Source of the DNA: Bacteroidota bacterium
GTDB taxonomy: Bacteria > Bacteroidota > Rhodothermia > Rhodothermales > UBA10348
Direction of reading: 5' to 3'
NCBI GenBank assembly: GCA_029262855.1
Contig: JAJCYP010000030.1
Coordinates: forward strand, 5,111 to 69,110
Length of the DNA: 64,000 bases
Part shown: in pieces, positions 1 to 10,133 of the stretch
How the letters are laid out: each line of letters begins with the position of its first letter
How positions within the stretch are numbered: the first letter of the stretch is position 1
Notes under the pieces: generated by a model
What the model saw: the letters and a program-made list of their open reading frames with translations, nothing else
Told to the model about the DNA's origin: nothing
Database searches by the model: none
Program-made: the position numbers and the translations under genes

Positions 1-1
1 G

Positions 2-484
2 GAGTTAGGCGCAGTGTTGACCGGGTTCATACTGGCCGGTCGGGTTGGCGCGCGGATCGCGGCGGAGTTGGGCACAATGCGGGTCACCGAGCAGATCGAC
101 GCGCTGGAGGCCATGGGGCTGAACTCAGTGGGCTATCTGATTGTCCCGCGGGTGCTGGCCGGCGTATTCATGTTTCCCGTGCTCTATGTGGTGGCGAGCT
201 TCGTTGGCATCACCGGTGGAATGGCCGTTGGTGTCTTTGGGGGCTTCGTCCCGCTCGGCGAGTTCGTGGCGGGCGCGCGGGAGTTCTTTCAGCCGTTCGA
301 TCCGGTATTTGGTCTGATCAAGTCGCTCGTCTTCGGATTCACCATTACGTCCATTTCCTGCTACAAGGGGTATTTCACGAAGGGTGGGGCCGAAGGCGTA
401 GGCCGGGCAACCACCGAAGCCGCGGTCATGAGCTGCGTCTATCTCCTGGTTGCGGACCTCTTCCTGGCCGTAACGCTATTGTAA
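2..484 (+). CDS. mlaE: MlaE/YrbE-family ABC transporter permease, C-terminal part (gene runs off the 5' window edge)
   Basis: The frame is open from nt 2. The translation ELGAVLTGFILAGRVGARIAAELGTMRVTEQIDALEAMG matches the conserved MlaE core. The ATPase and MCE genes follow directly. Confidence 0.85.
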   Translation, partial: ELGAVLTGFILAGRVGARIAAELGTMRVTEQIDALEAMGLNSVGYLIVPRVLAGVFMFPVLYVVASFVGITGGMAVGVFGGFVPLGEFVAGAREFFQPFDPVFGLIKSLVFGFTITSISCYKGYFTKGGAEGVGRATTEAAVMSCVYLLVADLFLAVTLL

Positions 485-488
485 GGCG

Positions 489-1235
489 ATGATAAAGGTC
501 GACAATATTTCGAAGAGCTTCGGGGACAAGCAGGTCCTCTTCAACGTTTCGCTGGAGATTCGCGAGGGCGAGACGACGGCGGTCATTGGCCGCTCCGGTT
601 CGGGGAAGTCGGTGCTGATGAAGCACATCATCGGTCTTCTGATCCCTGACGAAGGTCGCGTGTTCGTCGATGGTGTTAACATTGATGACATCTCGTATGC
701 GGAGCTGCGTAAGGTCCGCCAGCAGTTCGGAGTTCTCTTTCAGGGCGGGGCCCTCTTCGACTCGATGAGTGCGTTTGAGAATGTGGCATTCCCGCTGCGG
801 ACCTTCACCTCCAAATCCGATTCAGAGATCGCCTACGAGGTGCATCAGTGCCTGACGATGGTGGAACTACCCGACGTCGGCAAGAAGATGCCATCAGAGC
901 TTTCGGGCGGCATGCAGAAGCGCGTTGCACTGGCCCGGGCGATTGCCCTGCGCCCCAGGTACATCCTCTATGACGAGCCCACCTCGGGTCTCGATCCGGA
1001 GACCTCCAACACCATCGACGATCTGATCAAGAGCCTGGCCGAACAGCTCAACGTAACCAGTATTGTCATCACCCACGACATGCATTCGGTACTGTCCATC
1101 GCAGACCGTGCGGCCTTCATTTACAATGGCCGCATGCACTGGGTGGGGACGATTGACGAATTGCATGCCTCCACGGACAAGACGCTATGCGACTTTGTGA
1201 AGGCCAACGAATATCAGATCGGTCCACGATCCTAG
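489..1235 (+). CDS. mlaF: ABC transporter ATP-binding protein, MlaF-like
   Basis: Walker A GRSGSGKS, ABC signature LSGGMQKRVALARA and Walker B ILYDEPTSGLD. It starts 4 nt after the permease stop. Confidence 0.9.
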   Translation: MIKVDNISKSFGDKQVLFNVSLEIREGETTAVIGRSGSGKSVLMKHIIGLLIPDEGRVFVDGVNIDDISYAELRKVRQQFGVLFQGGALFDSMSAFENVAFPLRTFTSKSDSEIAYEVHQCLTMVELPDVGKKMPSELSGGMQKRVALARAIALRPRYILYDEPTSGLDPETSNTIDDLIKSLAEQLNVTSIVITHDMHSVLSIADRAAFIYNGRMHWVGTIDELHASTDKTLCDFVKANEYQIGPRS

Positions 1236-1250
1236 CAGCACACCAGTGAA

Positions 1251-2180
1251 GTGAAGTACTCCAACGAGATTAAGGTCGGTGCCACGATTATCATCGCGAC
1301 GGTCATTTTCATTCTGGGGGTTCGGTACTTCGAAGACCTTCCGCTCTTTCGCGGTACCCATCAACTGGAGACCGAGCTGAGCAACGCCGCCGGCCTCATT
1401 CCAGGCAATGTGGTACGCGTGAACGGGGTCGTAGTCGGCTCGGTCGACGCCGTCCGCATCAACCCGCAAACCAATGGAGTCCGCGTGGGCTTTCACGTGG
1501 ACAGCGGCCTTCCCATCCCCGAGGGCTCGCGGACCATGGTGTCTGGTTTCGATGCGCTCGGCGTGGTGCGGCTCGATATCGCTCTGGGTCCGGCTGACAA
1601 TCCACGCATCCCCGAGGGCGGGTTCGTCGAGGGCCGGGTGACCACAGACCTCGTGGCCGAGTTGACGGATCGGGCTCCGCTTCTCTTCGACCAGGTGGAT
1701 GAGATCGTCGGTAACGTGAACGCCGTACTCGGCGATTCGCGTGTGCTTCTCGGCAGTGATTCGGATCTCCAAGGCGCGCTCCTCTCGGCCCGACGCTCAA
1801 TGACAACCATGGACAATCTGCTGCGGACCCAGCAGGCCAACATCGCCTCGGCCATCGAGAACGTGAATGGCGCCTCTGGCAGTTTCAACACGTTCATGGA
1901 AGGCAACGCCGATTCCCTCGCGGCCGCGGTCTCAGGCCTCAATGCAACCATGGCCCAACTGGAGAGCACGCTCGACGGCCTGGATGGAACCACCGCTGCC
2001 ATCGACGAGCTCCTCGGAAAACTGAACCGAGGTGAGGGTACGCTGGGCCTCCTCCTGAATGATGAGACCATGTACCATCGCACGGACTCACTGCTGACCA
2101 GCCTGCAGGCGCTCATCGACGATTTCCAGGTCAATCCAGGGAAATACCTCAAGGAGATGCGTCTGGTGGATCTATTCTGA
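1251..2180 (+). CDS. mlaD: MCE/MlaD-family substrate-binding protein
   Basis: GTG start, N-terminal TM helix (GATIIIATVIFILGV), an MCE-domain-like core (VRVNGVVVGSVDAV) and a long helical C-terminus. It is third in the mlaE-F-D order. Confidence 0.8.
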   Translation: MKYSNEIKVGATIIIATVIFILGVRYFEDLPLFRGTHQLETELSNAAGLIPGNVVRVNGVVVGSVDAVRINPQTNGVRVGFHVDSGLPIPEGSRTMVSGFDALGVVRLDIALGPADNPRIPEGGFVEGRVTTDLVAELTDRAPLLFDQVDEIVGNVNAVLGDSRVLLGSDSDLQGALLSARRSMTTMDNLLRTQQANIASAIENVNGASGSFNTFMEGNADSLAAAVSGLNATMAQLESTLDGLDGTTAAIDELLGKLNRGEGTLGLLLNDETMYHRTDSLLTSLQALIDDFQVNPGKYLKEMRLVDLF

Positions 2181-2195
2181 CAAACGTTCGAATAC

Positions 2196-2753
2196 GTGTC
2201 CATGCCCGACTACCAGGAATCCCTCACGCTCTTCCACGAATGGACCGAAACCGACAGCCTGCGCCGCCACGCGTATGCCGTTGAGGCCGCTCTGGCGGCC
2301 TACGCCCGCCACCTGGAGGAGGATGAGGAGCTCTGGCGGATCACCGGGCTCCTCCATGACATGGACTACGAGAAGCACCCGACGCCCGAAGAACATCCGT
2401 TTGTCGGGGTCGCCGTGCTGAAAGAACTGGGATATCCCGCCCTGGTGACGGACGCGATTCTGGGACACGCCACCTACAGCGGAACGCCACGGGAGACCCT
2501 GTTGGCGAAGGCCCTCTTCGCGTGTGACGAACTGGCCGGGTTCATCACGGCCTGTGGCTACGTGCGACCAACGAATCTCGAGGGTCTCACACCGAAGTCG
2601 GTCAAGAAGAAGCTCAAGGACAAGGCCTTTGCGGCCGCCGTCAGCCGTGAGGACATTCGGCAGGGTGTGGAGGAATTGGGAGTGGAACTCGATGCGCACA
2701 TCGCCCGGGTCATTGAGGGGATGCAGGCGGACGCGGACCGGTTGGGGTTCTAG
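2196..2753 (+). CDS. HD-domain phosphohydrolase-like protein
   Basis: 185-aa ORF with an HD motif (GLLHDMDYEKHP) and conserved His residues (RRHAYAVE). Confidence 0.7.
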   Translation: MSMPDYQESLTLFHEWTETDSLRRHAYAVEAALAAYARHLEEDEELWRITGLLHDMDYEKHPTPEEHPFVGVAVLKELGYPALVTDAILGHATYSGTPRETLLAKALFACDELAGFITACGYVRPTNLEGLTPKSVKKKLKDKAFAAAVSREDIRQGVEELGVELDAHIARVIEGMQADADRLGF

Positions 2754-2755
2754 GG

Positions 2756-3931
2756 ATGGAGGACATCGAACCGCATCTGCCCGTTGAGAACGTCGAGGAG
2801 GCGAAGGCCGTCACGCGAGCGAAGGCCCGTGATTTTCGGGATCTCCTGGCGAAGTACATGCGGCGCCACCTTCCGAATCCGGAGCCCAAGAGCAAGGCTA
2901 CACCGGCCCCTCCACGCCAGGAAGGCGTGTACGGGAATCTGATTCTGATGCTGAGGATCATTCCGTGGGTCCTGGCGGCCACGATGGCGCTCTCCTTCGC
3001 GTGGGATTTCGACGGCATCGTCCTCTATCCATTCGGCTACGCGCTGAATCTGGAAGGGTTGATTCTGGTGCTCTCGGTGAGTGGTCTGATCGGGTTCTTT
3101 ACGAACTGGCTGGCCATCACCATGCTGTTCAATCCGCGTGAGAAGAGGCCCATCTTCGGTCAGGGCCTCATTCCGTCGCAACGCGAACGGGTTATCTACC
3201 GGCTGGCCAGGGCCGTCTCTGATGAACTCATCAACGAGGAGATCATCAAGCAGAAGATTGAGGAGGCCCAGATAATTCCCCGCTATCGGGAAATGGCCAT
3301 GTCGGTCACGCGAGGCATCCTTGAGGATCCCGATTTCAGAACCGAACTCAAGGTCATCGCGGCCGATTACGTCGAGACGGTGCTCACGTCCGATGAGGTG
3401 CGCAAACGGATTGTGGAGTTCACGGCCGAGAAGCTCGAGAAGGCACTGGGAGAGGGCGTAGGCGGTCTGGCCCTGAAGGCGTACCGATACCTCAACGAGG
3501 ATGACTTCAAGCGTCGGCTGGACAAGGCGGTACATGCCATCCCCGGCAATCTGGACGTCGTACTGGACGGCATGGATCATCTACTCGACGAAATCCCCGG
3601 TCGTATCGAGGCCCGGTCCGAAGACATCGAGATCTGGTCCACCCGCATGGTTCTCGGGTTCGTCGAGAAGCTCGACGTGTACTCCATGATCATGAGCAAC
3701 ATCGCCCGCTACGACGAGCGGCAACTGGAAGACCTCCTCAAGAAGAGCACCAACGAACAGCTCAACTACATCAAGTACCTGGGCGGCGTGCTGGGGACGA
3801 TTGGCGGCTTCGTCATCTGGGAACCGCTCCTGTCGCTGGGGATCCTCGGTACCATCGTACTGATTCTCTACGCATTGGACGAGACGCTGTATCGGGCAGG
3901 AAAGAAGCGGGCGGTCACTGCGGCCGAGTAG
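2756..3931 (+). CDS. DUF445/UPF0754-family membrane protein
   Basis: 391 aa. Has the N-terminal TM region motif GFFTNWLAITMLFNPREKRPIFGQGLIPSQRERV typical of DUF445, and C-terminal TM helices. Confidence 0.7.
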   Translation: MEDIEPHLPVENVEEAKAVTRAKARDFRDLLAKYMRRHLPNPEPKSKATPAPPRQEGVYGNLILMLRIIPWVLAATMALSFAWDFDGIVLYPFGYALNLEGLILVLSVSGLIGFFTNWLAITMLFNPREKRPIFGQGLIPSQRERVIYRLARAVSDELINEEIIKQKIEEAQIIPRYREMAMSVTRGILEDPDFRTELKVIAADYVETVLTSDEVRKRIVEFTAEKLEKALGEGVGGLALKAYRYLNEDDFKRRLDKAVHAIPGNLDVVLDGMDHLLDEIPGRIEARSEDIEIWSTRMVLGFVEKLDVYSMIMSNIARYDERQLEDLLKKSTNEQLNYIKYLGGVLGTIGGFVIWEPLLSLGILGTIVLILYALDETLYRAGKKRAVTAAE

Positions 3932-3982
3932 GTCCCGAGCGGCGTGGCCCCCGAAGGTGGTCCGACCGAGGGCCCGGCAGAG

Positions 3983-4615
3983 TCACATCCCGGAGTCCGG
4001 TGTCTGGGTCCGCTCGTTCGCGACGGCTTCGTGCGGAACGTCCATTTCAGGATGCATCTTGAAGCATCGCCTGCAACGAGGCTCGTAGGATTCGGTCGCT
4101 CCAAGCAGCAGGCGGGAGTCCGCGGGCGTCAGGCGCTGGGAGTGGTTGGCCGGCGCGCCGCAGACCACGCAAATGGCGTGCAGCTTGGTGACGTACTCGG
4201 CGACGGCCATCAACTGAGGCATGGGCTCAAAGGGGCGCGCCAGATAGTCCTGGTCCAGACCGGCAACGATGACCCGGCGCCCATCGCGGGCAAGCTGGGT
4301 GCAGACTTCCACAAGGGTCTCGTCGAAGAACTGGCCCTCGTCAATCCCGATTACCGTGGCATCACTGGTGAGCAGAAGAATCTGCGACGGCGAGGATACC
4401 GGAGTTGAGGGGATGACGGACTCATCATGCGAGACGACTGCATCCTCGTCGAACCGGGTGTCGATGGCCGGCTTGAAGATTTCAACCCGCTGCTTGGCGA
4501 TGCGCGCCCTCCGCATGCGCCGAATCAACTCCTCCGTCTTGCCACTGAACATGGACCCGCAAATCACCTCAATCCAACCGGCCTTGGACGAGGTATGCAG
4601 AATCGTAGGCTCCAT
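3983..4615 (-). CDS. tdk: thymidine kinase
   Basis: P-loop [23 protein letters not shown], and C-terminal zinc-ribbon cysteines CVVCG...CRRC. Confidence 0.93.
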   Translation of the reverse strand: MEPTILHTSSKAGWIEVICGSMFSGKTEELIRRMRRARIAKQRVEIFKPAIDTRFDEDAVVSHDESVIPSTPVSSPSQILLLTSDATVIGIDEGQFFDETLVEVCTQLARDGRRVIVAGLDQDYLARPFEPMPQLMAVAEYVTKLHAICVVCGAPANHSQRLTPADSRLLLGATESYEPRCRRCFKMHPEMDVPHEAVANERTQTPDSGM

Positions 4616-4694
4616 GAACAGATAGGGACTTTGAGAGGAATGGACGCTCCGGTTCGGGCACGCGTGGCCGAGAACCAGTCTGAAAGATAGCGCC

Positions 4695-5480
4695 TCAGAT
4701 GCGAATAAGATCCTCTGTTCGGACCCAGCCAGTCACCCCATTGGGCAACGTGACGCCAGTCCAATCGGCCGCGGTACCTGTCACCGTTACCAGGAGGCCC
4801 TCATGGATTTCCAATTCGGGAGAATCGGTGGCCGCAGGAGAGGCGAATAGCGGCGTCTCGGCGGCGCCGACGACAGCTGCCGGCGGATCGGGCGGGTTCT
4901 TCGAGACTCCCAGACCAAGGCCGATTCCCACCAGGCCCACCAGAGCCGACGTCCAGAGCCCGCGACGAATCCACTGGGAGTCCATAGAGCGCCTGGCCCC
5001 GACGGCCATCAGTCCGCACCAGACCAGGTATGCCAGAAGCCCCAGTCCAAACAGAAGGCCGGCACCCAGGTGTCGATCCAGCACGCGCCATACCGACTGG
5101 CCGAAGCTGTCGGGCAGGCGCGAAAACTGATCGCGCGTCCTGGCCTGAGCGATGGAAAGATTGTGCAGCACCATACGGTCGTCCGGGGTCAGCCGACGGG
5201 CACGTTCAAAGCTGGCGACCGCCTCTCCGAGTTGATCGAGCCTGTAGTGGGCGACTCCGAGATTGTAGTGGAGTGCGGGGTTCTCGAAGCCTGCTGTCAG
5301 CGCCGATTCAAACGCGGCAATGGCCTGCGTGTATCGACCGGCCTCGATCAGTGCAGTGCCTTCGTCGAAGAGCCGCACGGCCTCCGGAACGCCTGCGGAG
5401 GCCTCCTGCGGGTTGGCAGCCGCCGGACAACCCGCGCCGGCCACGAAGGCCGAGAGAATCAGTACCCGAAGGATTCTCAT
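4695..5480 (-). CDS. batE: BatE-like TPR + SH3b protein
   Basis: Signal peptide, TPR repeats ([30 protein letters not shown]), TM helices, and a C-terminal SH3-like [11 protein letters not shown]. Last gene of the Bat-type operon; its start overlaps the batD stop by 4 nt. Confidence 0.75.
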   Translation of the reverse strand: MRILRVLILSAFVAGAGCPAAANPQEASAGVPEAVRLFDEGTALIEAGRYTQAIAAFESALTAGFENPALHYNLGVAHYRLDQLGEAVASFERARRLTPDDRMVLHNLSIAQARTRDQFSRLPDSFGQSVWRVLDRHLGAGLLFGLGLLAYLVWCGLMAVGARRSMDSQWIRRGLWTSALVGLVGIGLGLGVSKNPPDPPAAVVGAAETPLFASPAATDSPELEIHEGLLVTVTGTAADWTGVTLPNGVTGWVRTEDLIRI

Positions 5481-7357
5481 GCCTTCATTCTATCGTCCAG
5501 CGTCAGCAGCAGGTCAGCGGCCCGATCCCGGTCAGTTGCCATGGCCTCCGGCGTGGGCCTGACCGGCGAGAAACGGGCGCCGTCACAGGAGTCCAGGAAC
5601 GCCATAAGCTGGACCCGAACGTCCTGCGGGACGTCGTTGGCATTCAAGGCGCGGTCGAGCCCCTCTCGGGTCAGGCCCTGTTCGGCGACGTTGAGACGAT
5701 TGCCGACAAATCCAAGTAGGGCGCGCTCCAGGGCCTCGTAGTATCCAGCCACGTCGTCATCCCGAAGCCGCTGGTCCGCCGCCTTGAGGTGTTTGCGAGC
5801 CAACGGACCCGCTCGGCGCAGCCTGGCGACGGCCGGATTGGCCGCCAGATGTTGAGCATGTCGCCCGAGCAGCAGGGTGGCGCCAAGCAGCAAACCCGGG
5901 AGCAGCAGCGCCAGGTAGGGCCACGTCTGACGGTGGAGGGGCTCGCGGTCAACCGGAATCCACCGCGTGGTAGCGGGGACCGGCCCGGCGATGTCGTCCA
6001 CGGGCAAGCCGCCCGAGAGCGCCAACACCGTGGCGGCCGGCGTGCCCGTGCCGGTCACGGTGATGGAGGCAGCGGCTGACGCTTCCGTTATGTAGCGTTG
6101 GGCGGAGGGATCGAACCAGGTATAGACCACCTCAGGCATCTCGAATGTCCCATTGGACCTGGGCACGAGGACGTAGGTGAATGTCTTCGATCCCCGGAGC
6201 TGGGGCCCGGACCGATCAATGGAGGTGCTCACCTGAGGATCGTACTGCTCGAAGGCGCCGGGTGCCTGGAAGTCCGGTGGCGCGAGCGTGGCCAGATTGC
6301 CATTGCCGGTGATCCGAACGGTCAGTTGAAGAGATTCACCAACCTCGAGCTCCGTCCGGTCAAACGAGGCGGAGAATCGGAGCGAGCCGACGGCGCCCTG
6401 GAACGTGTCGGGGGCGCCCGGCGGCAGGGGCCGCGATTCAAGGGTCAAGGCTGCGGAACTCAACTCGACAGGCGTGAACCTGCTCTGGAGCGAGAAGAAC
6501 CGGGCCATCGGATCCGACGATCTGGACGGGAGGATCGCTTCCGATTCAATCTTGAGGGGGTCAATTGCGAGTTCACCGGACCGGGTGGGGAAGACGGCTG
6601 CGCGTTTGAGCGTGATGCGGTTGTATCGAAGGCCGTCACGGACCACCACCTGAGGGATGGGGCGCGGCTCGACCTCGAGTTCCTCCCGCCAGAAACCCTC
6701 GGCATCCCAGGAATCGGTGAGGCGGCTTTGCCGCAGTTGGATGCCCTCCCTGAAGTACAGCAGATAGTTGACCGTGACCTGCTGGTTCTGGACGGCCGAC
6801 GAAGCGCTCGGAACGACATCGATGAAGATGTCCCGCGCATCGGGGTCGATCTCCTCGGCCGGGGTATTCGGGGCCTGTCGCTGAAACGGCGCAAACGGAT
6901 TGGAGCGGGCTGGCGCACGGCGGGCCGGACGCTGGGCCTGTGGAATCACGTTGACGGCGATGGACTCCGTAGTGTACGTCCTCCCCTGGATGGTCACAGA
7001 TACGGGGCCAATCCGGGCCTGTCCCTCTCGAACCGGACGGTAGGTCCATGTGAAGCCGACACTCTGGGTGACCGCCCCATTGACGATGGACATGCTGGTC
7101 TGCCGACTCGGGTAGGTCGAGACGAGCACGAGTCCCTCGGTTTCCGGCGCTGTGGGGTTCTCCAGGCTGCGCAAGCCCTGAATCTCCAGCGTGAAGCCGA
7201 CGGTCTCCTCGGTGCCTATGGTGGCGTCCGAAACACTCGCTCTGACACGGATATCCTGGGCAAGAACCGGCGAAATGCCAGCCAGCAACAGGCCGAAGAT
7301 CAGGACGAATCGCCTGAAGCCCTCCTCCCGGACCGGATATGAACCACGCGCGACCAT
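5477..7357 (-). CDS. batD: BatD-like oxygen-tolerance protein
   Basis: 626 aa with a signal peptide, repeated beta-rich domains, a C-terminal TM (WPYLALLLPGLLLGATLLL) and a helical tail. It sits between batC and batE. Confidence 0.8.
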   Translation of the reverse strand: MVARGSYPVREEGFRRFVLIFGLLLAGISPVLAQDIRVRASVSDATIGTEETVGFTLEIQGLRSLENPTAPETEGLVLVSTYPSRQTSMSIVNGAVTQSVGFTWTYRPVREGQARIGPVSVTIQGRTYTTESIAVNVIPQAQRPARRAPARSNPFAPFQRQAPNTPAEEIDPDARDIFIDVVPSASSAVQNQQVTVNYLLYFREGIQLRQSRLTDSWDAEGFWREELEVEPRPIPQVVVRDGLRYNRITLKRAAVFPTRSGELAIDPLKIESEAILPSRSSDPMARFFSLQSRFTPVELSSAALTLESRPLPPGAPDTFQGAVGSLRFSASFDRTELEVGESLQLTVRITGNGNLATLAPPDFQAPGAFEQYDPQVSTSIDRSGPQLRGSKTFTYVLVPRSNGTFEMPEVVYTWFDPSAQRYITEASAAASITVTGTGTPAATVLALSGGLPVDDIAGPVPATTRWIPVDREPLHRQTWPYLALLLPGLLLGATLLLGRHAQHLAANPAVARLRRAGPLARKHLKAADQRLRDDDVAGYYEALERALLGFVGNRLNVAEQGLTREGLDRALNANDVPQDVRVQLMAFLDSCDGARFSPVRPTPEAMATDRDRAADLLLTLDDRMKA

Positions 7358-7360
7358 CGA

Positions 7361-8095
7361 CTACCAGTCCTTTTCCACGCGACGGGGCCTGGTCTTCATT
7401 TTCTGTACCTGCCGGAGAAGCTGCTCCTCTTCATTCTCCAGGGCCTCAAGAATCCGCTCGGCTTCTTCCTGACTCAACTGGTCCTGCTGTTCCTGGGGCT
7501 GCTGATCCTGCTGCTGCTCCTGTTGGTCTTGCTGCTGGTCCTGCTGCTCCTGGTCTTGCTCCTGGTCCTGGTTCTGTTGGTCCTGATTCTGCTCGCCGTC
7601 CTCGTTCTGTTCCTGATCCTGGTTTTGGTCGTCCTGCTCCTGATCCTGTTCCTGATTCTCCTGCTGTTCCATCTGGCGACGCACGAACTCGTAGTTGAAT
7701 CGCGCCGCCTCGTTGGACGGATCCTGAAGCAGAGCCTGCCGATACCGGGCCAGCGCGCCTTCCATGTCCTCGGCCCGATAAGCCGCACCGCCACTGTTGT
7801 ACGCCGCGGCGGATCCGGAGGCATCACCTGGGGCCAGCGCGAGGGCGGCTTCGAACGCGCTTTGAGCGCCCTCGAAATCACCCTGACGGTAGAGGGCGGC
7901 ACCGAGATTATTCAGCAGGCCACTGTGGGTCGCATCGGGCTCGGCGGTGTCAAAGTCCGCCAGGGCCTCGCGGTACGCCGCCGCAGCCTCCTCAAAACGC
8001 TCTTGACGCATGAGTGCGTTTCCCTGCCGGCCCTTTGTCTTGTCGCCGGGGCCGATGCCGAACAGCAGCGCGATCATGAATACGAATCGGATCAT
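7361..8095 (-). CDS. batC: BatC-like TPR protein with Gln/Glu/Asp-rich tail
   Basis: N-terminal TM, TPR repeats (FEEAAAAYREAL, GDFEGAQSAFEAAL), then about 65 aa of Q/E/D low complexity. 4-nt overlap with batB. Confidence 0.8.
   Translation of the reverse strand: MIRFVFMIALLFGIGPGDKTKGRQGNALMRQERFEEAAAAYREALADFDTAEPDATHSGLLNNLGAALYRQGDFEGAQSAFEAALALAPGDASGSAAAYNSGGAAYRAEDMEGALARYRQALLQDPSNEAARFNYEFVRRQMEQQENQEQDQEQDDQNQDQEQNEDGEQNQDQQNQDQEQDQEQQDQQQDQQEQQQDQQPQEQQDQLSQEEAERILEALENEEEQLLRQVQKMKTRPRRVEKDW
7478..7672 (-). repeat. imperfect trinucleotide-type coding repeat (CTG/CTC-rich on + strand) encoding the Q/E/D low-complexity segment of BatC
   Basis: Translation QQENQEQDQEQDDQNQDQEQNEDGEQNQDQQNQDQEQDQEQQDQQQDQQEQQQDQQPQEQQDQ. 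The DNA shows reiterated ctgctg/ctcctg/gtcctg units. Confidence 0.8.
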
Positions 8096-9141
8096 GTTGA
8101 TGACGGGCTAAAATTGGCAAAACGATTGCCGGCCGGCTTGACCCGGTCAGACAGGACGACCTCAATCAGCAGGAGGAGGAGTCCCAGAGCCAGCGGCCAC
8201 TGGTACTGCTCCTGGTATTCCTCGAACTCCTCGGCTCCGAACGTGGTTCGGTCCAGCCGCTCCAAGGCGGTCGTGAGACTGGAAAGGGAGCTCGAAGTGC
8301 GGGCGATGCGAAAGTACGTCCCGTCCGAGGCCAACTGTTGAAGCGCGGCTTCCTCCAGACGCGTGGTGACCACGCGACCGGCCTGATCCTTCTTGAAGTC
8401 GACCTGGCGGTTGCCGCGGTAAACCGGAATCGGAACGCCCTCGGTCTCGCCGACACCGGCGGCGAACATGACGATGGACTCACTGCGGGCTTCGGTCAGG
8501 ATCTCGTCAATGTCTGCCACGTGGTTTTCGCCATCGGAGACGAACAGCAGGGCTCTGGTCCGTGGCTCATCCTCGCCGCCGGCATGCGGAGCTCGAAAGG
8601 CACGCATCGAAATCTTGAGAGCCTCGCCGAAGTCTGTCCCGGGGGTCGGAATGAGCGACGGATCCGCAACATCCAGGAAAAGCCGGACGGCACCATAATC
8701 GGTGGTCAAGGGCGTCTGGATGAACGCGTCGCCGGCGAACAGGACAAGGCCCACGCGGTCCCCCCGGAGGTTGTCGAGCAGCTTCTTGATCTCGTTCCGC
8801 GCTCGCTCCAGGCGGTTCGGGGCGACATCTTCCGCCATCATCGAGAGGGAGACATCCAGTGCAATCACCAGGTCAATGCCCTCGCGCTGCACCTCTTTGA
8901 GTTTGGTGCCGAACCGGGGTCCGGCGAGCGCCAGGCTGATCAGTCCGATTCCGGCCACGGCAAAGGCCCCTTTCCAACGCCGCCGCCGGACACTGACCGC
9001 CGAACTGAGCCGTGAAACCAGGCTCCGGTCACCAAACCGGTCGATGGCCTTTCGTCTCCGGTACGCCGCCAGGAGCAGCAGGCCGACGGCCGCGGGAACG
9101 GACGCCAGGGCCCAGAGCCATATGGGATGCAGCCAGTTCAC
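8092..9141 (-). CDS. batB: BatB-like von Willebrand factor A domain membrane protein
   Basis: N-terminal TM helices and a VWA MIDAS motif (LVIALDVSLSM). Confidence 0.85.
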   Translation of the reverse strand: MNWLHPIWLWALASVPAAVGLLLLAAYRRRKAIDRFGDRSLVSRLSSAVSVRRRRWKGAFAVAGIGLISLALAGPRFGTKLKEVQREGIDLVIALDVSLSMMAEDVAPNRLERARNEIKKLLDNLRGDRVGLVLFAGDAFIQTPLTTDYGAVRLFLDVADPSLIPTPGTDFGEALKISMRAFRAPHAGGEDEPRTRALLFVSDGENHVADIDEILTEARSESIVMFAAGVGETEGVPIPVYRGNRQVDFKKDQAGRVVTTRLEEAALQQLASDGTYFRIARTSSSLSSLTTALERLDRTTFGAEEFEEYQEQYQWPLALGLLLLLIEVVLSDRVKPAGNRFANFSPSST

Positions 9142-10133
9142 GGGAAGCGTCGGAAGAGGGTAGTGGAGAGCAACAGTTCGAGCAGGAGCAGGGCGAACGC
9201 CGGAATCAGGAAGTACGGATAGCGCTCCTCGTAATCGGTGTACACCCGCTCTTCGATCTTGGTCTTTTCGAGTTCACCGATCTCGTCATAGATCTCCCGA
9301 AGCGCAGCGTTGTTGGTGGCTCTGAAGTACTGGCCCCCAGTGCTTTCGGCCACCTGGGTCAGCATCTGTTCGTCGATCTCGACGGGCACCATCCGGCGCT
9401 GACGCCCGGCAAAGGGATGGTCGATGACGAACGGGGCCTCGCCGCGGGCACCTACTCCAATCGCATAGACCCGGACACCGATGGTCTTGGCGACTTCGGC
9501 TGCCGTCTCCGGGCTCAGCTCGCCGCGGTTGTTCTGCCCATCGGTCAGCAGGATGATCACCTTGCTGGTGGCCGAGGTATCCTTGAGCCGATTGACGGCC
9601 ATCGCCAGCGCCGTTCCAATCGCCGTGCCGTCCTCGATCACACCCACCTCGACCTCGCTCAGCATGCTGAGCAGGAAGTTGTAGTCGAGCGTCAGGGGAG
9701 CCTGGGTGTAGGCCTTGGCGGCAAAGACAACGAGGCCAACCCGGTCTGAGGTGCGTCCGTCGATGAACTCGGCGCCAACCTGACGCGCCGCCTCGAATCG
9801 ATTCGGACGAAAATCCTCGGCCCTCATCGAGGTCGAGGTATCCAGCACCATCATGATGTCCACGCCCTCGGCAAACCGCTCGCGGGTCACATTGCGCTCC
9901 TGCGGCCGGGCGAGCGCGATGATGGCCAGGCCCATGGCGACACTCCTGAGCACCATCGGAGTGTGGCGCAGGTATACCCTGAGGGTCGGCCGAAGGCCTG
10001 CCGCGAGGGAGACCGTGGAAAACTGGAGTCCACTCTCTGATCGGGACTTCCACAGGCGCCAGCCCAGGAATACGGGGATCAGCAGAAGCAGCCCAAGCCA
10101 GGCTGGCTGGGCAAACGGATAGGGAAAGTTCAT
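9138..10133 (-). CDS. batA: BatA-like von Willebrand factor A domain membrane protein
   Basis: TM helices, VWA MIDAS motif (IMMVLDTSTSM), and LLTDGQNNRG. 4-nt overlaps on both sides. Confidence 0.85.
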   Translation of the reverse strand: MNFPYPFAQPAWLGLLLLIPVFLGWRLWKSRSESGLQFSTVSLAAGLRPTLRVYLRHTPMVLRSVAMGLAIIALARPQERNVTRERFAEGVDIMMVLDTSTSMRAEDFRPNRFEAARQVGAEFIDGRTSDRVGLVVFAAKAYTQAPLTLDYNFLLSMLSEVEVGVIEDGTAIGTALAMAVNRLKDTSATSKVIILLTDGQNNRGELSPETAAEVAKTIGVRVYAIGVGARGEAPFVIDHPFAGRQRRMVPVEIDEQMLTQVAESTGGQYFRATNNAALREIYDEIGELEKTKIEERVYTDYEERYPYFLIPAFALLLLELLLSTTLFRRFP

